Shown: piece after piece, positions 14,031-26,634 of the stretch
Layout of the letters: the number at the start of each line of letters is the position of its first letter
Numbering within the stretch: the stretch's first letter is position 1
Source: Laetmonice hystrix
Lineage: Eukaryota
Assembly (NCBI GenBank): GCA_965235115.1
Contig: OZ249436.1
Location: 29,576,001-29,640,000, forward strand
Length of the DNA stretch: 64,000 nt
Direction: 5' to 3'
Translations under genes and position numbers: made by a program
The notes under the pieces: generated by a model
The model's input: the letters and a program-made list of their open reading frames with translations, nothing else
The model's database searches: none
Told to the model about the DNA's origin: nothing

Positions 14031-14979
14031 AAAGCAAGGGGTGTTATTTTCTTCTTTGCTTCAAACAGTATTTCCACACGAAAGCAGATATTATTTTTGT
14101 CAAAACGGAAAACAAATTTCCAGCGGCTGTCAGTGCAAGTTTCTTGTCCAACTGGTTCAACTGGTTCAACTCTCAAATATTCTGGCCACGATTTCTCGGA
14201 CACCCAAAGGTACTTAGGAGGTCCAGATGACCGGCCAGTAGAACAAGACAGATTCGACCACAGAAACCGCTATGGGAAGCGCAGTCACAGTGAATGGAGA
14301 TTTATTGCCCCATCGTGGTCAGTCTTTAAAGGTGTTCTCTGAGGCCCTCAGCTCGCTCAGTGGGATACATGACCCTGGCAAAGCAGTCCACAAAGCAGCA
14401 CATCTGAATCTCCATCAGAATTAGAAGTTTCTCTCGTCCAGCCCTCATTTCTCTGGGGCTAACCTGAATAGGCCACCTGCTGTCTGTTGCCGTGATAGAT
14501 CACACTGTCAACTTGCTGCTCTGCCTCAGAATGGGGGAGATTTCTGTGCTGGCAGCAAATGACAGAATAAATGTTGAAATGAATGGCCATTGGAGAAAGA
14601 CTGCTCAGCACCCGCTCGGTTGACTTGCTACTCGGTGCTTGGCCACCCTGGGCTGGCTCCAGCAGTGTAAACTAGCAGGCTGCTGCGAATGGCTTTTGGT
14701 GGCGGTAACATCAGGGCTCATTTCATCAAGGTTGCAGGGTTGAAACATTAATAGGGTGGGATAGAAAGGGTCAGCAGAACCGTTGATGAGACTCCTGGGA
14801 GATACTGTTGGCGGTTATGGTTGTCGATGACCCTCCACTTTTGAGCCGTGGATTGCTTCAATTACAATTCCCCCACGCCTTTAATTTCTCGAGAGTTGTA
14901 ATTGCATTTTAGTTGCATTTTGATACGTTCGGTACAGTCCAGAACTTCTCTTTAAAAGGTAACAATGACAAAAGATGTA

Positions 14980-15170
14980 TCCGTCCGTCAACCGTGGTCA
15001 GTTTTGGGGTGCCATACGAAGTAAAACTAAATATAAATAGCATGTTTAGAGCCAAACCAACTATAAGTGACATACAGTTACCTCCTGTAAAACTATTTGT
15101 CCGTGGTATGTGAAGAAACTATCTGTTGTCGAAGACCGAGGTCTTGCATTATACATCGTAACAGTTGCAT
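14980..15170 (+). mobile_element. Possible Tx1-like ORF1 fragment
   Basis: PSTVVSFGVPYEV and FVRGM*RNYLLSKTEVLH resemble ORF1 vPyEv and an eroded CCHC knuckle. Weak. Confidence 0.2.
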
Positions 15171-16619
15171 GAGCTGAAATTCGGCGCAGTTGATTTTTTA
15201 CCATCGCTCGCTCGACAATCCTCTCTCGTCCAAACGCTACTGGTCTGCCTGTCTGTATGAAGGGAGAGGACAAAATGTGGCCACCAAAGCCAAAGATGGA
15301 ATTGATTCCTTTTTCTGCTTTGTAGAGTTATTCCAATATGTATGAACAAAATGTTTAAATTGGGTTTGTTTGATATAAAGACGACTCTTTGTTAAGGAGA
15401 AAATATTTCAGATGCTTACAAATCTAATGTATGTGTTACACCTGTTTGGTGTAAAAACGACACCTTCTATAGAGTGTAAATCGGAACCTGCCCGGGCATT
15501 TCTATGTTCGATGGTGTTTGTGAAAATTTGATTCACAAGTTACAAAAGCAACGTTCCTTTCTTTCCCACTAAATATCCAGAACGGCATGGAAATCTACAG
15601 ACGTAAATTAAAACAGGATTCCGGAAAGCTATAGAACGTACACCGCTAACACGCCCAGTGATATGTCTGGTTCGCAACTCGCACTGACTGGTAGAAGTTT
15701 TCACTTGGCATAGGTGTTTCAACACGATCGCCTGGTGTCAAGTCAACCAATGCTGGCATCTGTAACAAGTCGGAGTAGGTTCTGACAGGATGGGGCAGCT
15801 GTGACAAGAAGCAGATGGACTGACTGACAGGGACCACAGCTGAGACTGGCTTCTCTCTGGTGTCTACTTCATGATCCGATGAGGGATTTCCCGCACTCGG
15901 TCCCCTTTTTTCTCCCGACTCCCCTGAAATAAATATCCCTGCTGCAGGCTGAAGGTAATATATTAAGACGGTAAAGGCTAAACCGGTGTTATATACGACT
16001 GCCAGTCCGCCGCAAACCACGCTTTACCATCACTTCTGCCCTGCCCTGTCAACACACCATAACATCAACGGATGCGCTAATAAACAAAATTGATTAACCT
16101 CTCGTCAAGGCGTTTAGATCGCTTTTCTCTACACATGCAGTATTATCACCGAGTCGTTCGCAGTTGGATACGGTTCTCTCTGTGGATTCACATTCCCAGC
16201 ATGTTGCAGATAGGCATGCACCTGGGAAACACGTCCTCTGTAGTCAGGAACACCTTGCCTGAGGCCGTTTACAAGCTAGCGCCTTCAGTGAAGAGATACT
16301 TTTGCCTCACCGGGTTGAGGTACAAACAAAATCATGCCACTTCCATAACTCGATAGAAATGCCAGGTGCCGGCGTCGTCGCCTCATTTGACATGCACCTT
16401 CTTGTTAGAATGAGAAGGCAGTCGTGAGTTTATCTCTCCAACCTAACGTCAATTTACAGGTGGGATAGTGAGGCCAGGAGCTTATAAGTGTACACGGCAG
16501 TGAGCACCTTTTGCCTCACACCCCGAATTGGCATAATGCCGTGGCTGTATTTTGGCAATGGATCAGCATGCCATGCTGAGCAGATTATGATAGTGTTGGA
16601 TGTGAGTTATGACTGCCCG

Positions 16620-16860
16620 TAGAGAGCACAATACAAGCTCTGTGTGCGCTCATGCCTCCTCTGCTCTCGTAGCGCCGCGAATGCCCAGTCAAAAGTATGC
16701 CTCGAGCTCGTCCAGCATACATTCCCAGACACCTATACTTTTGGCCTTTACCGGGGCAGTTGTCGCTTACTGATTTATGGCTCCAAAGAAAGAGTTTTAT
16801 TATTAAAAACTGTATCGCATGTCAAAACCGCCGTGAACAACCCTCGCTGACACGCAATGC
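16620..16860 (-). mobile_element. Possible second Sola-like transposase remnant
   Basis: One minus-strand frame reads KLFLWSHKSVSDNCPGKGQK...ILLTGHS, cf. l.lwSDNC.GQNKN...Fl..GHS. Confidence 0.33.
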
Positions 16861-19797
16861 GAAGGCAGTGTAGCGATTCTTGAAGAGCCTGGCCCACATA
16901 TGCAATGGATTTTTGGTTGCTTCCGAGAAAGTCTTTTCAAGTTTGACTGGCCGGTTAAGAAGAGGCCATGCAGTCTGCCTGAGACTCACTTGTGGTTATT
17001 AAGAGCCTACACCCGAAGTCTGTCTTTAATTACCGGCTGTAGTTTTCCAAGCAAGCTGCTGTACTACTTAGTTTAACCTTTAATGCGACACTTTGCTCTC
17101 GTCGGAATATACATCGCACTTGTTTACGGTTAGTTGACGGACTAATACAGTAAGCCAATCTACACAGCGTAAAGAGACCAATCAAGGCGGGCAAGCCCGG
17201 TCGGAATTGTTCGGTTGGCTACCTTGAGTCGACTGCGAAGTATTTATATATGAAGTCCACCGCCAAAGAGCAGTGATCTCGGCCAAGGAAGCTATCGAGG
17301 CCCAGTTGAGGGGAATGGTTTATTTACCGTGCACGTTGAGCACTACTCCTGAAGGCCATCCTTCAAACGGTTGATGTATTAAACATTTGCTTTGACACCG
17401 TTCTGTGTACAAAATAAACAACACATGATGGATGTCATATAGACAGGTGCAGTCTGATGCCATGACATTGCGAGGGTGAGGCAATCGTGCCGGTCTCCAG
17501 CGTGGTCGTCCAGCATAAACGTAGGAGAGTTGGAGAAAAAAATCCAATCTAATCAACTTATGACAAGAGATGCGTTTTGTGCTCAGACTGTTGAGGTATC
17601 GGTTTCTGTTGGTCGCGGCATTTGTTCTTGGTGGGAGGTCATCCAGTTTTCATCCACCAGGTGGCGTTGGTTTTGTGTGGAAGATAAACAAAGTGAACGA
17701 CATGGACGTCCGATGGGGGGCATGATGCTATGTATTCCTACGCACACAAAAGAGTCCATGTTTATTGGTGTGCGTTCCACGGTCCCTCAACCGGCCAGGT
17801 CCTCCTAAACGGGGCCAGTGTGACGTCAGCCCAAAGCTGTCTGGTTATATATTTGACTATAAGCCAGGAAACATAAGTGGTCGACAATCGAAGCAGATCC
17901 TGTTGCCATTGAATATCCAGAGAGTTTGCTCTAATGTTATCGTTGGTGTGACACACCACAGGGAAACAGGTACACTGGTAATTGTGGAGACATTGGTGGA
18001 AAAAGGTGAAGACGGGGTGCAGTAAAAATAACAAAACCGACAAAAAATGGGCCCCAACAGGTACCAAGTCAGAATACTGATTTAAAAAAAAAATTGCCGA
18101 AAAGAACCAGCTATCCCTAGCCCCCGCCCCCCCCCCCCCCGACCAACCAAACAGCAGGTTTTTCAACATTCCAGTGATATAGTTGAACAGGCCTCGGCAA
18201 AACACGAACTGCATGAGCTATACTCTTTTTACTCCATTTTTTTCTTCTGAATTTCGTCCATGTGAATGGCATAAAGAAAAAAGAAAGAACCGGACGACAA
18301 ACTAATATATAGAATTGGCATAAATGGAAATGTTGTTCTATACGCACAGGTGTAATTTTATATGTGAATGAAAGGCCCCCGTCTAAAGTTTATAGACACA
18401 CTCGCATAATGACCTATCCTTGGAGGCAGAGAATATCCATTAATTTCAAATAGTTTGAATTACATCCGCAAATGTTTGTGCGTGCAGTAGACGTGCAGCC
18501 TTATTAAAACGACCTTATATTGATAGGGTGTTGTCGTGACACCACAGTGACCCCCAGTGACCACTGGTCATTGTCCGGATGACAATTATTGTCGCCGTTG
18601 TGTTGAATTGCGGCATTCAAATGGCCATATTGATGGTGTTTACACCATTGACGTTGTTACATATTGTCGCCATATTTTTGGCCTGTCGTGGCAGGCACGT
18701 AATTTGACAGACAGTGAATAAAGGTGTTTCAGTTATTTGCACGTACTGTACCACAGCTTGTTGACGACCCCCCCCCCCCACACACACCCACCCCCACCCC
18801 CACCCCCACCCCACCGTCGAGTGACACGTAGGGGCCCGTGTCAGGACACCTATTGCCAGATATTTCATAACCTTTCCATGAGAAGTGGCCACTTTTGGTG
18901 TCGATCCATTGGCCGAGGTCGCAATGAACATACAATTCCATCCATCATCGCCAAGTGTCATTTAGTGCAGGCAATTTTACTAAGCCAAGTGGTACAACGT
19001 AGAAGAACTTTTTGTTAGTTTTATATCTATATTTACGTTTTCTTTAGGGGAATATTTGGTTAACTAGATTGCAGCTATACCCCGTGCAAAGTCCGAGAAC
19101 AGCACCAACGCACTTTCAGACTACTACTTATGAAAACACGCCCAACTGTTTCCTCGGTTGCTAATCAGCGAAAATGAGACTTTTCTCGCAATTTGTCATC
19201 AGAGCGACCTTTGGTCAAGCTATGCAGGAATGCAAGCATAATATTCGCAGAAAGGTAGGCCGATCGTGTACCAAATAACAATTGCCTTTAAATAAACCAT
19301 AATATCCAGGAGCCCGCATGACATGATTTATCTGGAGAAGTTGATGTCACTGACCCACCATAATATTTTATGTCGGGGAGATTCCCGTAACTCCCTCAAC
19401 CAGAATACAGGAGACCCCCTGCTGTAACACAGGTACTTGACCGCGGTGAGTTGACGCCTCGTTCGATGCCATGCAGTTATCTTTTTACACATAGCACGAC
19501 CGTCCGATCACCAGTATATTGAGACGTGTGTGTTTAGATTTATGTCCCCTCTATGCCCACTTATAGAAAGAACGTGAACAAATATTTGCCGATGTTTTCA
19601 GAATGTTATGAACATTCCTGTCGGCGTATGTTTTCGAAATGCCTACGCTCCAGCCTACAGCTTTATATCTATAGTACATATTTAGAAAGGATCGCACGCC
19701 AGAGTTGTGTTGTTTACTGTATTTTTCAATTGAGAATTTCTTACATATTTTGAAATGCTTGCTGCATAAAGGCATAACGGTAATAAAGACATTGACT

Positions 19798-20089
19798 TGC
19801 AATTGTTATCTAGACCTACCTGTCGGTCAATGCAATTATTATCTAGACCTACCTATCGGTCAATGCAATTATTATCTAGACCTACCTATCGGTCAATGCA
19901 ATTATTATCTAGACCTACCTATCGGTCAATGCAATTGTTATCTAGACCTACCTATCGGTCAATGCAATTATTATCTAGACCTACCTATCGGTCAATGCAA
20001 TTGTTATCTAGACCTACCTGTCGGTCAATGCAATTATTATCTAGACCTACCTGTCGGTCAATGCAATTATTATCTAGACCTACCTATCG
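19798..20089. repeat. 33-bp minisatellite x~8.9
   Basis: Unit TGCAATT(A/G)TTATCTAGACCTACCT(A/G)TCGGTCAA with only two variable sites. Confidence 0.97.
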
Positions 20090-22794
20090 AGGATACAATG
20101 GCTAGATGTATAAATACATGCATCATGTCATACATAATAAATACATGGAGTAAGATACGTGCATTTATGAAGTAATTATGATTGAATGTTGTTAAAACTA
20201 AGTACATATTCGCTATATAATAAATGTAATTAAAAAAGATAATAGATAAAAACATCTACTCTTTCATTCTGTGCATCATAAGCATCTAACCTGACCAATG
20301 GGTGGACCTTGAAACATCGGTATTGTGGCAGGATAATTATGATGAAGAATGGAATACGATACCGGCTGGAATATCGATAATCAAAGCGAGATGACGAGGA
20401 AAGCTAAATCTATCTTTGTGCCAGATTGAATTTGGAAAATACTCGTAGGTTTACAAGTCGGAATTTGTGTTACCATAATGCAGCCGTGACAATTGCTGTT
20501 CGTTGTTTCTGCTGCTTTAATTGTTTGCTACTTGTGTGTGTGTGATGGTGGTGGTGGGGGGGGGGGATGTTTTTAACGGAAATCTGCCCTTCCATCCATG
20601 CAACCAACTATAGGGTTAAATCAGCAACTGCTACAGTCAGTGACTTCCGGTCCTATGGTCGGTAGAGCAGAGAAAAGCGCTTCCAGTCAGATAATTGCTA
20701 TCCCTGATGACCTTCAGAAGCAAGCCTAATTATCGTCTGCTAATGACTCGAAGCTGGAGGTCCGCTTTACACAGGTGTTGGGAGTTCACCGTGTATGTGG
20801 CCGTCTCGGCCCGAGGCTCGTGTCAAAGGTGGATTTCGGTGTTTTTTTGCCCCATGGCGAGTGTTGCGTCCACGTGGCCTGGGGCGCAGCCACCATAAGA
20901 CCTCGGTGTCCACCTAGCGGTCAAAACCAGCCAATGGGAGTCACCGCCTTCAGCATATGACGTTGAGGTGTCGTTGCAGCCTTCATGGCGTGATTAATGG
21001 AGCAATTAACGTGGAGTTCAACGTTGATGTACTGACATTGTTCACTTCAGGGGACAGGCTGTATAACCAAACCAGGACCAGGAGGGGCATACCATATCGA
21101 AGATGTCCCGGAAAACACCAATCTTGTATATCAACTCACTTAATTAATTGTAATCTATGGGCGCTTTAGGCATTCGGAAGTAAATTAAATGTACAGGTGC
21201 AAATATATATTGTTTCGATGTGGTTACCTAGAAGACTTTAGGGTATAGTAGGATAAGAAACTGGTCTTTTAAATAGTATCGTCATTTCCTTAAAAAGTTC
21301 ATCAGGGGTCGGGTCTTTATTGGCTGACTTCTTCCCTTTCACAATCGCAGGCTTTTATATGTGAACCAATTTAACTCAGAAATCATTGAACGTAACTAAC
21401 CTATATTGAGTCACCTAAACCTGTATATTTTTTACATCCAGGACCGTCGAAAATTGCTACTCAGACCATGGGGTATATTTTACCTTTACGATCTGTATAA
21501 TCTTTGAATCCATGCCTCGCATATAAAAAGTTTGATAAAAGTTTTAGAAAGGTTAATTGATGTAAATATAATTTTGTCATGACATTTTTGTTCGGTGGTT
21601 GATATAAAAATTATGGTGGCTATTAGCTTCATGATCTTGAGAGGTTATAGCTACATGAAGCTCGATGACCCCATGAGTCCAGTGTAATACGGTGACACGT
21701 ACAGGATGCCTGACTGTCAATTTCAAATTAAAAATCGAACCAAAATACATCATAGTTATCTTACGACTATAAGGGTGATAACTCATTGTGAGTAAGTTTG
21801 ATCATGATACCATTGTCATATGGTTCCCTGTGTTAATGAGACAACCTTTCACTGTGTTTGATGTGTCGACAGCTCATTCATGATCTAAACGGAAATACAT
21901 GTATAGCCGACAGTATAGGCTACATAAGTCCCACGGCAAGGGCTAGGAGGGATAAATATGTTGTGTCAATCACAAAATCTGTGTGTTCAAATTATATTTT
22001 AGAGAAATACATTAAATCGTAATTAAATCTGAAGTCATAACTGGTTATATTCTTATTTCGGTATAGGTCTGTATATAGTAGGCCCTATGTATGCCTGTAA
22101 TGTACTAGTCATCGACACTATCAATATAATATAGTCTAGAAAAGGAGGAAGTGGTAGAAATGTTTTATGTCTCTGCTAACAGATGCCCAGTAACGTGTCC
22201 CCTTCTGTCCTACTCCCCAGGCCGCAGGAGGGAGGGTGTTCAGCGCTTCGACCTCCATAAAGAAAGTCCGTGTCATGCAGAGAAAATAACCTTCCTTTTG
22301 CTTATTAATATACTACCATTTGCTGAACCATTATGCAATAAGTGATTTATTACACAGACGTCGAGAAAAAAATCAGTGGACGCAGACATTGCACAATGAA
22401 GCGAAATTACGGCATAACTGACAATCATGGGCGTAGCAGCTAGGACATCGGACAATAGCCATTTGTCAAAGTGAATTGGCGGGGCCGCTTGCCACCAAGA
22501 CAAAGCTCAATTAAGCACTAAATGAAGCCACCATCAGGGGAGGACAGTCGAAATGTAGGTCATGTAGCAGGGAAGTGCCCCAGGGTCAATAGAGTCCGTT
22601 TTGTTAAAAAAAACTATCTGGGACGACCTATGTTCTGTCCCAGTGGCGATGATTTATTCTAAATCGGACTATACGGCCTATATCGCTTAAATTGTAGAAA
22701 GTAGGCCTCTGGTGATTCATGTTCATATTACTGCGCTTGTAGAATGTATCCTACGCGTCTTTATGTCTCTGATTCCGTTATAACCTTAGTCTGA

Positions 22795-23158
22795 CATACC
22801 TGCCAACCCTTCCTCATTCTGCGGAATCGTTCCGCATTTGAATGAGGTATTCCGCATTCCGCATTACTCTCTAAATATTACGGAATCATAAAATTTACAG
22901 AATAAGTATAGATTCCCTCCAAATACATGTTAAATCTCTCGCTCATGGCAGAGTTTCACTGGCAAAAAGATCGTTTATGGTCCCTGCCATATAACTAGAT
23001 CTCAAGACTAAGTTTAGTAAATCAGAGTTGTGCTTTCTGTCAGTAATAGAGAGGAAGAGAGAGAGAGAGATGGATAAAAGAAAGGGGCCCATAGAGAGAG
23101 TATCAAAAGTCAATTTGGGATGATTCCGGATTCCGTCGACCAAATGTTGGCAGGTAGG
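22795..23158. mobile_element. MITE-like element, hAT-like termini
   Basis: Left CATACCTGCCAAC and right GTTGGCAGGTAGG (12/13 inverted match), with subterminal TTCCG repeats. No clear TSD. Confidence 0.65.
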
Positions 23159-23779
23159 CGCAATCTATATTATAGCCTAAAGTTTACTTTTTGTTCCTTG
23201 TAACTGGGATCATATTTTACATTTCATGTCGGCACAATACGGCCGACAAAATGTTTAGGTTGTTACGAATCATGGCATGAAACCCGGCAACACAGCGCTT
23301 CACGTTGTTTGAAACTTGTCAGAGAACGTTTTTATTTGTACCAGGTGTTCGGAGAGGTGTTTGGTAAAAATGATAGACACGCACGTGACTATACGCCTTG
23401 TGCTTTATGAAAATATCCGTGCCTAGAAGAAATTGACCCGTCTTACTCCTGTTCGTTCCAAACTGTTCAGATCGGCGCTTAAATTGGCCCCTTTATCGCC
23501 CTAATTACCAGTACTTAGTCAAAATCTTAATGGTGTAACATGGCATAATGTCACTACGTGACTGAAAAGAGATGCAACACAGGGGGAAAGAAGCAGTGCC
23601 TTCCTGGGAGAAGTTACTCAATAAACAACAGCGGCTGAGTGCACATGCCATCGACTCCCAGAGACCCTTCTATTGTTCACGTCACTATACAATGACAATG
23701 TAATCTTCCATCATGACGATATATTTGCCGGTTAATGACCAACCCACCCGCTGGCTGCTGCCAAAACACCACCAACGGG

Positions 23780-23980
23780 TGTTTGGGCAATCGTTTTGTT
23801 AGATGCATAATGGAATCGATGAAGACATGCAATTATAAAATTGCCTAACGCCTTGCAGGGGAAGAGGCCACGCAATCTCTTTATGCGAGTCAAATTCGTG
23901 TTAAGACAAGCAAAACAAGAGGTGTTTGCCCTCAAGTCGTCTCTGGATAGCTGTGTAATTAAACTGTCACGATCGACAAG
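23780..23980 (-). mobile_element. Possible L2/CR1-like post-RT remnant
   Basis: LTRIKRLRGLFPCKALGNFIIACLHRFHYAS resembles l..l.rlR..l....L...y.a...s.ldYas. Confidence 0.35.
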
Positions 23981-24320
23981 TTTGGTCGCAGGCGACATCA
24001 ACGGTCGCTGGTATGATGGGTGAAGTCATCCGTGACGAAAATCTCCGACTTGTAAAATTTCATTCATAAATTATTGATCTTTGGCCAAAGAAACGCCATT
24101 CTAGGATATGCATGGCTTGGCATGCACTCATGACTTAGCTATGCATCTTTCTTCACTCAACCCCCTTTAATGTAATGTAGAAAATTTAAAAAAGATATTA
24201 TTCTTTGGTTTAAAACAGTCGCCGTGTTATTCTTGCCTTCAGTTCGTATTAATACGATTACTCGAAACACAGTCAAGTGTTGAATCCTGGCTTCAGAATC
24301 TCGCGACCGGTCTTGTGAAT

Positions 24321-24591
24321 CAGGGGCGGATCCAGGATTTTCGCTTAGGGTGGGGTGGGGGGAGGGGGGCACCGGGACGAAGTCGGAAAGGGGTGGCTGG
24401 TCCTGAACTGCTGATAACTAAATAATGTTTTATACAAATTTCAATCTTCATAAATCTCCAGGTTTACTGTTAGGCCTTACTTTACTGCTCGAAAGGGGTG
24501 GCTGGGTTCATTTGGGCCTAAGTCATACTATACTTGTCCAAAATTTAGGGGGGGGCGGGCCCCTGCCCCCCCCCCCCCCGATCCGCCTCTG
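24321..24591. mobile_element. MITE with CAGGGGCGGATC TIRs and 5-bp TSD (hAT-like)
   Basis: Left CAGGGGCGGATC, right GATCCGCCTCTG. TGAAT directly flanks both ends (24316-24320, 24592-24596). G/C runs are subterminal. Confidence 0.85.
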
Positions 24592-26042
24592 TGAATGTAA
24601 GAAACATTATAGGTATCTGTATGAAAGACTTCGTTGCCATATTTGAAGGAACGCCTGGCTAATGAGGTTGTTTCTTAATATATTTAATGAGAACAGTCTA
24701 GCAGGTGTGACAATGGCTTTTGAGGTCTAATGTGTTCAGCATTTAGTGATATCACTAATGGCCACACCGTTGTGTCAGTAGTAGTGTCCGTTCCAGGGGA
24801 AGATGCAGGATTTTGGTGGTGGGTTGGTGGGTTGGTGGGGGTGTTAGGGGGAAGAATTTGCAAAGGGAGGGGGTTCAGCAGGGTCAATTCAGATCGGGGA
24901 AAAAAGAAAAACTGGTTGCCAACTCTACAACAACAGATTGGTACAATGTTGGGTTCGGGGACCCACGGTACCGTGTAAGTGCCCCATTAGATGTTCAAAC
25001 GTGAGCCTCAATTATATCTACCCTCCCCCTGACAGATAATAAGACATCCTTTTTTCCTATTTCTTTCTGCTACAAAAACTGTATTTTTTTGTGTGTCTCT
25101 CTGTCGTGCGCCGCCATGTGTGACGACCAGGTGGGGAGTGGGGGAGGGGAGAGAGAGGGGAGTTTTCACGCTCAGATTTGGAGAACTCTAGTTGCTGCTT
25201 TGTTTTTGGCTTTGGATTGTGTCCGTCAATGTAATCAACGCCTCATAATGGGGACAGACCGCCTGTCAGCCTACATCGCCACAGGCCACACCCATCGGGA
25301 GCTAAACCAGTGACAAAATACATAATTATAGCTTTGTGTTGGGGTTTGTAATAGAGCATGGGGTAAGAGGGGTTGGTTAGGAGGGGGTGCGGGTGTGGGG
25401 TGTGGGGGGGGGGGGGGGCTGGGTGTGGGGGTGAGAGTGGGAGTCAGTGGTTGTTCAGTTGTATCCCCATGCAGCTTAAATATAAAAAAAAGAAGCCACG
25501 CCAGCTGCCCGATTAGATTACACTTAATATGCATGTATCAGTTTGGTTGTTATGCAGCAAAAAGTGTGACAGTGTAACATTTCTCGCAGACGTATCACTT
25601 GAGGTGGAGGGTCACAGAAACTTGGCATTCCCTGTGTGATGCCTTTGTCCGTTATAAACAGCAAGGCTGGTCAGTCTCCGGTGACTGAGCGCACGTTACT
25701 GTTTGTCCCCCTGGGTGAGGTGATACGGCAACTACCATCACCTCCACAGTGTGGTTGTCGTCGAGTCCATTCTATGCCACCCGTAATTTAAGATATCATG
25801 TCGTTTCATTTACACGTCATATCGCCTTCCATAACCGTACGCTTGCACCCGATAAGGTGGGAGTTGGAGGGGGGGGGGGTCGTCTTTTTGCCCCAAAATA
25901 TCGGATTGCATGGACAACTTTAGGGGTGGGTGGAGCGCCCCCTTCGAGCCATGCACACACGGTCTCGGGAGGGTATTTTGATTGTTGAGGCAGGCGGGAA
26001 CATGGTAAATTTCTGACCTTATCCTTTAGTACTGGGAAGTTA

Positions 26043-26265
26043 AGCCGGGAACCCACTATGCGATTTCAGATCGCAGGCTCTACGATTTTAAAATCGTACG
26101 AGCCTGCGACAAAATATCAAACATGTTTGATCTGAAATCGTAGCTGAATCGCAGGGCCTGCGATCTGGAATCGTAAGTGGCACCGGAACCCATTATGCGA
26201 CAAATGGTCACGACATGAATCGTACCTGAATCGTAAGGTCAAAATCGCATAGTGGGTTCCGGCCT
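26043..26265. mobile_element. PIF/Harbinger-like MITE
   Basis: About 24-bp TIRs (AGCCGGGAACCCACTATGCGATTT / AAATCGCATAGTGGGTTCCGGCCT), TTA on both flanks, internal AATCG repeats and palindromes. Confidence 0.85.
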
Positions 26266-26634
26266 TTAGACTTGCACCTTTCTCACCACCTGCAATAGCT
26301 ATGACGAATTCTTAAATTGCTAATACGGTAATTCTTCCTGGATAATAATGTACTAGTATTCGATCTAGAACTTTCCTCTTTCGTCCCTGTAACCAGATGA
26401 ATGATATCTCAGGGGGCGGCTGAAAGAGCTGCAGAATTCTCCTCATTCACATAAAAAAAAACACGACAGCAAATGAGTGCGACTGTGCGCCATCAACCTA
26501 TTGTCTTTATAATTGAGCGCTTTGTGATGTATTGGTGGTGGGGTGAGTGTGAAACAACCCTTGCCCACCTGCTCCCATGTGAGGGTGACGCGGTCGATGG
26601 CCTCGAGTTTTTGGCGCATCCCTGGCGCTGGCTT

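Noticed and set aside
17857..18057. Ig-like pattern (LWC...WIFNG) on the minus strand
   Set aside because: The frame stops before a second cysteine motif and there are no convincing splice sites.
19705..20175. 156-aa ORF with (CNYYLDLPIGQ)n repeats
   Set aside because: It is a by-product of a 33-bp minisatellite lacking stops in two frames. Near-identical units, no splice or codon evidence.
20655..20670. tRNA A-box-like TGGTCGGTAGAGCA (also GGTGGCGCATCGGTT at about 42478)
   Set aside because: No B box or cloverleaf follows.
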